Source: Macrostomum lignano (taxonomy: Eukaryota). From it: 27,265 bases of DNA. The notes below the pieces were generated by a model that was given only the letters and a program-made list of their open reading frames with translations, ran no database searches and was not told the origin of the DNA. Position numbers and translations under genes: made by a program. This document shows positions 12,501 to 22,382 of the stretch, in pieces. Within the stretch, counting starts at the first letter, position 1. Each line of letters opens with the position of its first letter. Location of the stretch: NCBI GenBank assembly GCA_002269645.1, contig NIVC01004667.1, positions 40,291-67,555 on the forward strand, written 5' to 3'.

Positions 12501-15500
12501 CCTCCCTTGACACTCCACCGCCTCCCCTGACACTCCACCGCCTTCTCTGACACTCCACTGCCTCCGCTACCTCCCCTGACACTCCACCGCCTCTCCTGAC
12601 ACTCCACTGCCTTCCCTGACACTCCACCGCCTCCCCTGACACTCCACTGCCTCCTCTGACACTCCACCGCCTCCCCTGACACTCCACTGCCTCCCCTGAC
12701 ACTCCACCGCCTCCCCTGACACTCCACTGCCTCCCCTGACACTCCACTGCCTTCCCTGACACTCCACCGCCTCACCTGACACTCCACCGCCTCCCCTGAC
12801 ACTCCACTGCCTCCTCTGACACTCCACCGCCTCCCCTGACACTCCACTGCCTCCCCTGACACTCCACCGCCTCCCCTGACACTCCACTGCCTCCCCTGAC
12901 ACTCCACTGCCTTCCCTGACACTCCACCGCCTCACCTGACACTCCACCGCCTCCCCTGACACTCCACTGCCTCCTCTGACACTCCACCGCCTCCCCTGAC
13001 ACTCCACCGCCTCCCCTGACACTCCACTGCCTCCCCTGACACTCCACCGCCTCCCCTGACACTCCACTGCCTCCCCTGACACTCCACTGCCTTCCCTGAC
13101 ACTCCACTGCCTCCCCTGACACTCCACTGCCTCCCCTGACACTCCACCGCCTCCCCTGACACTCCACTGCCTCCCCTGACACTCCACTGCCTCCCCTGAC
13201 ACTCCACTGCCTCCCCTGACACTTCACTACCTCCCCTGACACTTCACTGCCTCCCCTGACACTCCACTGCCTCCCCTGACACTCCACTGCCTTCCCTGAC
13301 ACTCCACCGCCTCACCTGACACTCCACCGCCTCCCCTGACACTCCACTGCCTCCTCTGACACTCCACCGCCTCCTCTGACACTCCACCGCCTCCCCTGAC
13401 ACTCCACTGCCTCCCCTGACACTCCACCGCCTCCCCTGACACTCCACCGCCTCCCCTGACACTCCACTGCCTTCCCTGACACTCCACTGCCTCCCCTGAC
13501 ACTCCACTGCCTCCCCTGACACTCCACCGCCTCCCCTGACACTCCACTGCCTCCCCTGACACTCCACTGCCTCCCCTGACACTCCACTGCCTCCCCTGAC
13601 ACTTCACTACCTCCCCTGACACTTCACTGCCTCCCTTGACACTCCACTGCCTCCCTTGACACTCCACTGCATCCCCTGACACTCCACTACCTCCCCTGAC
13701 ACTCCACTGCCTCCCTTGACACTCCACCGCCTCCCCTGACACTCCACGGCCTCACCTGACACTCCACCGCCTCCCCTGACACTCCACTGCATCCCCTGAC
13801 ACTCCACTACCTCCCCTAACACTTTACTGCCTCCCTTGACACTCCACTGCCTCCCTTGACACTCCACCGCCTCCCCTGACACTCCACCGCCTTCTCTGAC
13901 ACTCCACTGCCTCCGCTACCTCTCCTGACACTCCACTGCCTTCCCTGACACTCCACCGCCTCCCCTGACACTCCACTGCCTCCTCTGACACTCCACCGCC
14001 TCCCCTGACACTCCACTGCCTCCCCTGACACTCCACCGCCTCCCCTGACACTCCACTGCCTCCCCTGACACTCCACTGCCTTCCCTGACACTCCACCGCC
14101 TCACCTGACACTCCACCGCCTCCCCTGACACTCCACTGCCTCCTCTGACACTCCACCGCCTCCCCTGACACTCCACTGCCTCCCCTGACACTCCACCGCC
14201 TCCCCTGACACTCCACTGCCTCCCCTGACACTCCACTGCATCCCCTGACACTCCACTACCTCCCCTAACACTTTACTGCCTCCCTTGACACTCCACTGCC
14301 TCCCTTGACACTCCACCGCCTCCCCTGACACTCCACCGCCTTCTCTGACACTCCACTGCCTCCGCTACCTCCCCTGACACTCCACCGCCTCTCCTGACAC
14401 TCCACTGCCTTCCCTGACACTCCACCGCCTCCCCTGACACTCCACTGCCTCCTCTGACACTCCACCGTCTCCCCTGACACTCCACTGCCTCCCTTGACAC
14501 TCCACCGCCTCCCCTGACACTCCACTGCCTCCCCTGACACTCCACTGCCTTCCCTGACACTCCACCGCCTCACCTGACACTCCACCGCCTCCCCTGACAC
14601 TCCACTGCCTCCTCTGACACTCCACCGCCTCCCCTGACACTCCACTGCCTCCCCTGACACTCCACCGCCTCCCCTGACACTCCACTGCCTCCCCTGACAC
14701 TCCACTGCCTCCCCTGACACTCCACTGCTTTCCCTGACACTCCACAGGCACCCTTGACACTATTTTTTGACAGCTAGAGCTCTGCATGAAACCAAAGACT
14801 TTTCAAGTACATTTACCAAACGAGAAGTGAAAGCACTGCAGCGAAGGCAGAGTGATGCACCGTGCAATGTTTGCTTTTGTTTAAAGCTTGAAACGTGAAA
14901 TACTGCAAGAGAAACCAATAAAATTGCTATAGGAGCAAAAGATAGAATAATAAAAACTTTAAACTTCGAGAAAACTACTATATCGATTATTACAAGCAGT
15001 AGAAATTAAAAAAAGTATAAAATGTTTCATTAATTTAAACAAAAATAGTACTGTGATGAAATCTGGACCAACTTAGCAATGATCGATCCAATGCTCTTGG
15101 AAAAATAGAAGAACAACATGAGTGGCTTTGCTTAGACTTAGTTTTTAAAAAATTGTTTCAGATCTGCCCCAAAAAGGGCCGTTTTACTCACCAGCTGACC
15201 TTCAATCGTGTAGATTCTACGAACTTGCATTCGAAATATTGCGGACAAATCGTCTAAAACCTGTTCGAAACTTTGAACCATGCGCTTGTTCAGCAGGACA
15301 ATGTGCTTCTTGAATGGTTCGCCGTTCTGTCTAACATAAATTCGCTTGCAGTCGGCCCGCTTGAACACGGGAGCATAGGCGGCTGCGGCGGCGGCGCCCT
15401 GGTCGTCCGGCGCGGCGGCCGTGTCCGAGTTCGGGTAACTGTTCGCGTCCCGGCGTGGGCGGGCGCGAAATCGCATCGGCTGGGCCAGCGGGGACGCGGC

Positions 15501-16403
15501 GGAGGCGTCGGTCGCTGCTGCCGATGCAACGCCGCCCGTTAGCTTGCCGGTGGCCCGCCAGGCCGGCGTGACAACTGGCCTGCGGATCGGATTGGGATTC
15601 TGTCTGTGTGTCTGTGTCTGTGTGTCTGTGTGTCTGTGTGTCTGTGTGTCTGTGTGTCTGTGTGTCTGTTTGTCTGTCTGTCTGTGTGTCGGTGTGTCTG
15701 TCTTAGTGTCTTTCTGTGTGTCTGTCTGTCTGTCTGTCTGTCTGCTGTCCGTTTCTGTCTCTCACTTATTGGGATCCACAGGCGCGGCAGCCCGTCTCTG
15801 CCTAGTGGAGCACAGGTAGTGCCCCTGATTGTCGAAATCCTCCAACGAGCTGAGCCTATCGCGGCCTCGCGGCGTGAAGACGGCCCGAACTCCGTAGCTC
15901 AGCTCGGGCATTCGGTCCGTCAGCTCCGTCAGCAAGGCGTCGAAGCCTCGATAGCGATTGGGGTGGATGGCCACCCTGATCGGCTGCTTGAAGGTCACGC
16001 CGTCCCGGTGGAAATACACCGTCTTAGCCTGCTTCGGCCGGTTTGACTCGTTGCTAGGGCCGAAGTCTGCGGCAGTGCCGGCAGCCGCAGCCGCCCCGGC
16101 CTCTCCATGGGTGTCCCCGGAGCCGTTCTCTTCGCCCTGCTGCTGCATGTCGAACTCGGCGAACTCCGGTAGCGTCAGGTTCCTGAGGCTGTCGCTGTCA
16201 GCGCAGCTCTCCTCCGTGTCGCTTGGCCGCCTCAGCTGTCGGTTCCGCTGCTGCTGACGATGGATTTGACTGGGATTTGAGCTCACTTCCGATGGGGTCT
16301 GCTCCACTGCCGACTGGGGCCAGGGTGTGCTCACACGGTGACCGGATTCTTCGTTGGTGTCGTTGTGATCCTGCTGGGAGTGCGACTCTGCGTCGTCATG
16401 CAA
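357..16403 (-). CDS. RP1: RP1/RP1L1-family doublecortin + PLAT/LH2 + beta-trefoil-like protein; at least 11 exons, 3' end beyond the window, 5' start unresolved
   Basis: Exons joined by canonical GT-AG sites with matching phases: 15766-~16400, 15192-15579, 8652-8859, 8025-8206, 6935-7160, 5162-5355, 4352-4509, 3793-4017, 2938-3041, 1389-1785, 357-537. DCX1 ([10 protein letters not shown]...FDALLTEL...[12 protein letters not shown]...YLCS...VDPNK) and DCX2 resemble RP1 as recalled. Two PLAT domains follow ([28 protein letters not shown]). Five 1-nt indels must be assumed in exons 8, 10 and 11. Confidence 0.88.
1027..1378. repeat. (TAGG)n microsatellite, degenerate at both ends
   Basis: Directly visible; produces the YLPT-repeat ORF. 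Confidence 0.95.
1389..1785 (-). CDS. RP1: RP1-like exon 10: beta-trefoil-like repeats (two apparent 1-nt deletions near 1780 and 1463)
   Basis: actcag|GGC, giving GK(G)[23 protein letters not shown]...[12 protein letters not shown](G)[24 protein letters not shown] after restoring one G at each site. Donor ATG|gtgagt. It joins ORFs 1385-1795 and 1341-1871. Confidence 0.8.
1821..2307. repeat. 28-31-bp minisatellite (CCACCAGCCTCCCAGATCCTCAGTTGCTGGG)
   Basis: About 16 tandem copies starting ~35 bp from the exon 10 acceptor. Confidence 0.95.
2938..3041 (-). CDS. RP1: RP1-like exon 9: beta-trefoil-like segment
   Basis: ttccag|CT, reading [35 protein letters not shown]. Donor CAG|gtgagg (phase 0). 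Too short for the ORF track. Confidence 0.8.
3258..3735. repeat. 63-bp minisatellite, about 7.5 copies
   Basis: Unit CACACCCCTCCCCATTGCAGCCATAGACACAGCTCTTTCTGCCGCCTTATCTCGGCTAGGTCA, with starts at 3481 and 3544. Confidence 0.95.
3793..4017 (-). CDS. RP1: RP1-like exon 8: end of PLAT2 and start of the beta-trefoil-like region (one apparent +1 frameshift near 3951)
   Basis: tttcag|C, reading [22 protein letters not shown], then in a shifted frame [45 protein letters not shown]. As written, a TGA lies at 3938-3936. Donor T|gtgcgt (phase 1). Not in the supplied ORF track. Confidence 0.8.
4352..4509 (-). CDS. RP1: RP1-like exon 7: PLAT domain 2, continued
   Basis: tcgcag|ATC, reading [37 protein letters not shown]...FLCNR. 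Donor CG|gtaaga (phase 2). Confidence 0.9.
4596..5050. repeat. Degenerate purine-rich ~45-bp minisatellite built on GAAATGA motifs
   Basis: GAAGCACCAGTGATGGAAATGAGGAA recurs about 6 times. Confidence 0.85.
5162..5355 (-). CDS. RP1: RP1-like exon 6: PLAT domain 2, N-terminal half
   Basis: cttcag|TG, reading [38 protein letters not shown]...PFQKGQ. Donor CAG|gtaagg (phase 0). Confidence 0.9.
6935..7160 (-). CDS. RP1: RP1-like exon 5: PLAT domain 1, C-terminal half
   Basis: gtcaag|ATC, reading [32 protein letters not shown]...[22 protein letters not shown]. Donor C|gtaagc (phase 1). Confidence 0.9.
7218..7930. repeat. 10-bp minisatellite (AGCAATGATT)n with 60-bp and 270-bp higher-order blocks
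   Basis: About 70 units. The variant block at 7351-7420 recurs at 7621-7690. Confidence 0.95.
8025..8206 (-). CDS. RP1: RP1-like exon 4: PLAT domain 1, N-terminal half
   Basis: tttcag|AA, reading [39 protein letters not shown]...[10 protein letters not shown]. Donor GAG|gtgagc (phase 0). Confidence 0.9.
8652..8859 (-). CDS. RP1: RP1-like exon 3: end of DCX2 + linker
   Basis: acaaag|GTG, reading [25 protein letters not shown], which completes DCX2. Donor CCGA|gtaggc (phase 1). Confidence 0.87.
9296..9476 (-). mobile_element. Possible decayed tRNA-derived SINE
   Basis: The minus strand reads GGGGCCGTAGCCAATTG (A-box-like) and GGCTCGATTCC (B-box-like). A (CTTA)n-like run lies about 110 bp further 3'. 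Confidence 0.35.
9786..9799. promoter_or_regulatory. RFX X-box (GTAACCATGGCAAC)
   Basis: 13/14 match to the palindromic consensus GTTRCCATGGYAAC, inside an intron of a ciliary-type gene. Confidence 0.55.
10207..14760. repeat. 20-bp satellite (CTGACACTCCACTGCCTCCC)n, about 227 copies, inside RP1-like intron 2
   Basis: Directly visible; source of all the '[20 protein letters not shown]' ORFs. Confidence 0.98.
15192..15579 (-). CDS. RP1: RP1-like exon 2: inter-DCX linker + most of DCX domain 2
   Basis: Acceptor ccgcag|G at 15579 (phase 2). Reads [12 protein letters not shown]...[35 protein letters not shown]...[10 protein letters not shown]. Donor CTG|gtgagt (phase 0). Confidence 0.9.
15600..15745. 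repeat. Compound (GT)/(GTCT) microsatellite filling RP1-like intron 1
   Basis: Directly visible between the exon boundaries at 15579 and 15766. Confidence 0.92.
15766..16403 (-). CDS. RP1: RP1-like exon 1 (first visible): low-complexity N-terminus + DCX domain 1
   Basis: ORF 15762-16403 encodes an RP1-type DCX domain. Donor AATAA|gtgag after 15766 (phase 2). The 5' boundary is uncertain; the first in-frame ATG is at 16148. Confidence 0.88.
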
Positions 16404-16408
16404 TAAAT

Positions 16409-16648
<240 letters not shown>

Positions 16649-16941
16649 TTTAGTACGAGCTTAGAGTAGTAGTTGTGTTTTTGTAGTTTTTGCACTTCTT
16701 GTTGTCGTTTGCTAGTTTAAAAAATTTTACGGTACATCCAAAAATATTACGGAAATATAATTCTAACAAATTGAATCCCTAACAACTTTGTTGACCAAGG
16801 AAATTTGATACTTTGTCGATAGACGAAGCGGAATTAGAACAGATTATGACAGGGCGTCAGTCACCTACGCGGCTGAAAGCAATTTTGTATACATTATTTC
16901 GTATCGAAAATCTGACACATCGATACATGTAGATTCATTGT

Positions 16942-17280
<339 letters not shown>

Positions 17281-19090
17281 AATCCCCCGAATCGCTTCTA
17301 ACTGCTTACCCATCATCTTCCAGCCCGAAGGGAAGTGGGCAGGTGCTGCGCCGATTCAAGTAGCCTCTTTTAGCTCGAAAAAGGGGTTGCTTTGTGATTT
17401 ACCAGAATGCTCCGTTAGCCAAATTCTTATCTGAATTTGTAGGAATTCTGCGAAATCTTCCTTTCCCACAAAATGAGCTGAGATATTTATACGGCCGAGG
17501 AAGACACGGCTTGATGAGGCATGCAGGCAGAGCACTCAGAGTATTCACACGGTCTGCTCCAGCAGGACGTCATTGGTTCAGCCGCCCTTGCTTCCCTCCC
17601 TTCCTGGAATCCTGGCTCCTCAGCAGGTCACATCCCGAACTTTCCTTCTCCCCTCGTCCCTGTCTATGCCTACCTGATCAAATCCCTCAATTCCTTGCTC
17701 CCCCTTGTCACCCTTTTCCTTGACAACGGACACAGAGTAGTAGAGAATGCGGAACTCGATTTCCTTTCGTAGGGGATGGGGGATTGAAATCCCAGCTCCA
17801 GCCTCCAGGTAGACTACAGTAGCCAGACTCACTAAGATAGGAGATTAAGATTGCTCGAGGCTTACAAATTCGTAGTAGATTAACAGTACTGAGTGAAAGT
17901 GAACTGTTTCTACTGAGCAATTGTAACTCAGGTGGAAGATCGAACCAGAACTCAGTGAGGGTAACATGAGACGGATATAAGAAGCGCACTGTGTGGACAC
18001 AGGCCTCCCAGTAGTGCCAAAAAAGTGGCAACAAAACCGTCTATAGGTAAATCCGATGAGATGGATGGATGGGGAAAAGCTGTTGAAATTTGATAAGCTT
18101 CTGACGAACACGAGTATGGGTTTGTTTTCCCCTAACAGAAGGTTGCTAGGCGTAGCTCACTATCTGTTACATGGTCAGTAAATTGTATTTAGCTTTTTTG
18201 TGATCAATTGAGCTGCCGATTGGAAATTATCAGGCTAGAAATATAAATATGAAGAGTATATAAAAGAAGAATATATATTGTGTTTTTCTAATCACTGTGA
18301 GAATTAGCTCTGTTTATGGCTAAAAAATCTAGAAAATAGTCATGAAAATGGATACTAATATGAGCCTAAAACTGGACCACTATGTTTGTATACTTTAAAT
18401 TAGGAAACCTCTTTTTACTAATTAACTTCCTTCATTGTCTTTTGAAATGAAAATGTTGGGATTTAAGTATAAAGTAATTATTACTTTTAACGCTTGAACC
18501 TTTACATGGACATAAATAAAGAATTACTATTGTACTCAAAGTAAAGTTGTGCTATACGCGATCTAAGCCCTAATAAATACATACACATTAGCTAGCAAAA
18601 GAAAGCCTATAAGATTGTGTCACAAAACTCTAGTGTGAAATTTCAGTTTTAAGCAGCAAAACATATAGCTTATATATAATACAGACAAAGTATACGCGTG
18701 TAAAAGCTTTTATAGTCTACACCAAATAAAAAGTTGACAAAAGAATATATTTTTGTTGTAACATAAAAAATTGTAAATCAAATAAGCAAAAGAAAATTCT
18801 ATTAAGGCTCTGCACGCAGCAGCAAAACCTAAACAGAATATTCGGATCGAATAAATTAAGTCGAACTTGTTGGTTACAGTAGATTTAAGCGTTAAAACAA
18901 AAATACCATATTGTATATTGTTATCTGCAGTAATAAATTCAAAAGCTCTTGAATAGATTTGCAATTTTTATTCGAAGTTCTTCTTGCCAACAAAAGCTTT
19001 GAAATTTAGAAAAACATTGTTTCTACTGTAAATATTTTTTTTTAAATTTATCATTTGGGTGATTTTCCAGGTAAAATCGGTCGATCTAAT

Positions 19091-19104
19091 TTTACCTTAG
19101 CAAT
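19091..19104. promoter_or_regulatory. Degenerate X-box candidate (TTTACCTTAGCAAT) 21 bp upstream of the C8orf74-like ATG
   Basis: Matches GTTRCC-NN-RGYAAC except at the two outer bases. Confidence 0.3.
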
Positions 19105-19125
19105 CTAAAATCCAGCGCAGAAAAA

Positions 19126-19197
19126 ATGACAGAGATTCTTTCCGGCATCATATCGAAGCCGGGTGCTTTCGGTGAATCGGCATTTCAGGGTATTGAA
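19126..19197 (+). CDS. C8orf74: C8orf74-like exon 1
   Basis: ATG at 19126, reading MTEILSGIISKPGAFGESAFQGIE. Donor GAA|gtgagt (phase 0). Confidence 0.7.
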
Positions 19198-19612
19198 GTG
19201 AGTCTTACTCTATCACCTGACTACAGATGTTCTGGGACTCCTGTTTGGATCCTAAAAGATCAGTGGCGAAAAATCTTAATTTTTCAGCCGGGTTCTGTGT
19301 TACCCACATCACCAATTCTACTGCCACCAAGCCAACAAGTATCAATTTAAAGCAAATAATTTCTTCATCAATTAGCAATTTATTTTGTTTTGTTTTATAC
19401 ATTTTAGGCTCAAGGTCTAACACGCGACTGGATTATGAAATTTATTGGATTAGAACAACAAGGCTGCGACTCCAACCAACGAATGGAGGTAGTCATTTCG
19501 ATTTTCTACCATTTGGTTGACGAGCTCTACGCCCGAGGCTGCAGCAAATCCGAAATTTGTATCCTCGCCAAGCTGACAGCCGAGTATTGGATAGCATCTC
19601 TTGGTAAGCACT

Positions 19613-19697
<85 letters not shown>

Positions 19698-21561
19698 TTC
19701 TCACCCCGCCAATTCGCAGACCGCTCCCTGCAAGAGAACCTGCGCCACCTTCAGTCAATGGTTACTCCGTTGGCTCCGCGCCAAATATCTGAGCGCGCAG
19801 CCTCCATCTACCTGGAGTACACCGTGAACAGCTTCCTGCGTCATTTCGCACTCTACCGAGCCTGCCTTCAACAACCCCAGCATCAGCAGCAGAAGCAGCC
19901 ATCGATGCAGTACTCCGGTCGACGACTTCGTCGCGGCATTCTTGTCGAATCGCCGGAGCAGCCGTGCCCGCTCCGCGACGGACTCCGGCCCGAGGAGCAC
20001 CGCTACCGCTGCCAGCTGCGCGAGCTGGACACGGAGGAGCAGCTGGCCAGGGCTGCCGGAGCTGAGCGACGCCTGGGAGAGTCGGCCGAGATCGCCCAGC
20101 GACGTCGCAATCTGGAAGCGACCATGACGCGCAGTCGGTCAGATAGCGACGACGATCAAGAGGACGCTGCGATTGACGACGTGAGAATCAGTTTTATAAT
20201 CATGCTAAATCAGCTTTAGGAGTGTCGGCAGTTTTAGGAGCGGCGCCAGTTTTAGGAGTGGCGCCAGTTTTAGAAGCGGTGCCAGTTTTAGGAGCGGTGC
20301 CAGTTTTAGAAGCCGTGCCAGTTTTAGGAGCGGTGCCAGTTTTAGGAGCGGTGCCAGTTTTAGGAGCGGTGCCAGTTTTAGGAGCGCCGCCAGTTTTAGG
20401 AGTGTCGGCAGTTTTAGGAGCGGCGCCAGTTTTAGGAGTGGCGCCAGTTTTAGAAGCGGTGCCAGTTTTAGGAGCGGTGCCAGTTTTAGAAGCCGTGCCA
20501 GTTTTAGGAGCGGTGCCAGTTTTAGGAGCGGTGCCAGTTTTAGGAGCGGTGCCAGTTTTAGGAGCGCCGCCAGTTTTAGAGGCGCCAGTTTTAGGAGTTG
20601 ATAGTTGACATTTTTCCCACAAAAAATCGATTTTCAGTACCCCAACAGCCTGATCGGAGAGATTCTACAAATGAATTTGCGTCAGATGCGGCTGCGAACT
20701 CAGGACCTCACTGACAGTGCCTGCATCGATCTGGTATACAAAGCCAAGCGAACTGCACTGCCCAGGCCAGCCAGTATGGGTGAGTGCGGTTTGTGTGTGT
20801 CATTGGCGATGTTCTTGTTATACTACTGCTTGATTTGATGATTGAGTAGTGTCATTTTCAGGTCTGAAAGTTAATAGATAATTTCTTGAAGTTTTGAAGT
20901 TTGGGTTGCGCGTTTACATAAACAGAATCTTCCAAGAATTGCTGCTTACTCAGGCCTTGCTCTAAGTCTAGATTGTTTTGAGGGGTAATTTTTCTGACTC
21001 TTCGAGGGGTAATTTGTGGTATATTTATTATTCGCTGTGGGGTATTTATAATACTTTCTATGGAAAATTGTTTGTAATTTTTTCTATGGGGTATTTTTGT
21101 TCCCTCTATGAGGTATCTGTCATTTCCTCTGTGGGGTATTTCTCATTTTTTCTATAGGCTATGTCTCATTCTCCCGATGGGGCTTTTCTCATTCTTGTAT
21201 GGCAATATTTCTCCTTTTCTTTTTGGGCATTTTGCTTTATTATGGGGGATAGTCGCATTTGTTTTGGGAGGGTATTTATCTCTATATATTTTTAGCATAT
21301 TTTTGGGGAGTCTTTTATTCCTCTGGACGGTAATTTCGATTAATCCTTATGGTTCAGAATGATCCCAACCATCTCAAGTTCACTCACTGCTCTGTAAAGA
21401 AAACGATAACCTCCGCAGGCCCGCCGCCAAGGTACTCGGCCTCGACCGTTGGAGCTTCCGGGCCGGCTGGCGGGGACAGAAAGTCCAGCCGTGGCTCCAG
21501 CAGGAGCTCCGCCAAATCCAAAACTGCAGGCGACGGCAAGAAGTCAAAGGCGGCGAAATGA
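19126..21561 (+). CDS. C8orf74: C8orf74-like protein (CLAMP / C1a-32-like family, probably ciliary), 5 exons, 337 aa
   Basis: Exons 19126-19197, 19408-19603, 19720-20180, 20638-20779 and 21419-21561 total 1014 nt. All introns are GT-AG with matching phases and there is no internal stop. The motifs EVVISIFYHLVDELYARG, VNSFLRHFALY, VESPEQPCPLRDGL and SLIGEILQMNL follow the recalled order in human C8orf74. ATTAAA lies at 21564-21569. Confidence 0.75.
19408..19603 (+). CDS. C8orf74: C8orf74-like exon 2
   Basis: ttttag|GCT, reading AQGLTRDWIMKFIGLEQQGCDSNQRMEVVISIFYHLVDELYARGCSKSEICILAKLTAEYWIASL. Donor G|gtaagc (phase 1). Missed by the ORF track. Confidence 0.8.
19613..19696. repeat. (GACA)n, about 21 copies, in C8orf74-like intron 2
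   Basis: Directly visible; makes up most of a 116-bp intron. Confidence 0.97.
19720..20180 (+). CDS. C8orf74: C8orf74-like exon 3
   Basis: tcgcag|AC, reading DRSLQENLRHLQSMVTPL...FLRHFALYRACL...DAAIDD. Donor GAC|gtgaga (phase 0). Confidence 0.85.
20208..20597. repeat. 18-bp minisatellite (GCCAGTTTTAGGAGCGGT)n with a 180-bp higher-order duplication, in C8orf74-like intron 3
   Basis: 20221-20400 and 20401-20580 are identical except for the last base. Confidence 0.95.
20638..20779 (+). CDS. C8orf74: C8orf74-like exon 4
   Basis: tttcag|TAC, reading YPNSLIGEILQMNLRQMRLRTQDLTDSACIDLVYKAKRTALPRPASM. Donor G|gtgagt (phase 1). Confidence 0.82.
21419..21561 (+). CDS. C8orf74: C8orf74-like exon 5 (basic, low-complexity tail)
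   Basis: ccgcag|GC, reading GPPPRYSASTVG...GKKSKAAK followed by a stop. The phase matches exon 4. Confidence 0.78.
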
Positions 21562-21696
21562 GAATTAAAAAATATCAAATTTTAATCTGGGACAAAATAA
21601 TTCATGACACAAAATGTAATTATTGTTAAATTGGTACGAGCCGTGTACTTCACTTAAGTTTTTCTTTTCATATAAGAGCACTTGGACCAATTCGGT

Positions 21697-22382
21697 TGAC
21701 CCTTGACCCAATGACCCTGACCCAATGAACCTGACCCAATGACCCTGACCCAATGACCCTGACCCAATGACCCTGACCCAATGACCCTGACCCAATGACC
21801 CTGACCCAATGAACCTGACCAAATGACCCTGACCCAATGACCCTGACCCAATGAACCTGACCAAATGACCCTGACCCAATGACCCTGACCCAATGAACCT
21901 GACCCAATGACCCTGACCCAATGACCCTGACCCAATGACCCTGACCCAATGACCCTGACCCAATGACCCTTGACCCAATGACCCTGACCCAATGACCCTG
22001 ACCCAATGACCCTGACCAATGACCCTGACCCAATGACCCTGACCCAATGACCCTGACCAATGACCCTGACCCAATGACCCTGACCCAATGACCCTGACCC
22101 AATGACCCTGACCCAATGACCCTGACCCAATGACCCTGACCCAATGACCCTGACCCAATGACCCTGACCCAATGACCCTGACCCAATGACCCTGACCCAA
22201 TGACCCTGACCCAATGACCCTGACCCAATGACCCTGACCCAATGACCCTGACCCAATGACCCTGACCCAATGACCCTGACCCAATGACCCTGACCCAATG
22301 ACCCTGACCCAATGACCCTGACCCAATGACCCTGACCCAATGACCCTGAACCAATGACCCTGACCCAATGACCCTGACCCAA
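21697..22382. repeat. 14-bp minisatellite (TGACCCTGACCCAA)n, about 49 copies
   Basis: Directly visible; the 14-aa period of the GSLGQGHWVRVIGS ORFs confirms the 14-nt unit. Confidence 0.97.

Noticed and set aside
10075-14787. Dozens of long overlapping minus-strand ORFs ([20 protein letters not shown] repeats)
   Set aside because: They result from a 20-bp unit that lacks stop codons on that strand. The array lies in an intron whose flanking exons join in phase to rebuild DCX2.
17394-18111. Several 70-109 aa ORFs on both strands between the genes
   Set aside because: No recognisable domain and no splice path linking them in frame to either gene.
20208-20597. TTTTAGG motif as an interstitial telomeric repeat
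   Set aside because: The motif occurs once per 18-bp unit, not as contiguous TTAGGG or TTAGG repeats.
20200-20622. ORFs with APKTGT or VLGAVP hexapeptide repeats resembling an antifreeze or surface protein
   Set aside because: They are translations of an 18-bp intronic minisatellite. Exons 3 and 4 of the C8orf74-like gene splice cleanly across it.
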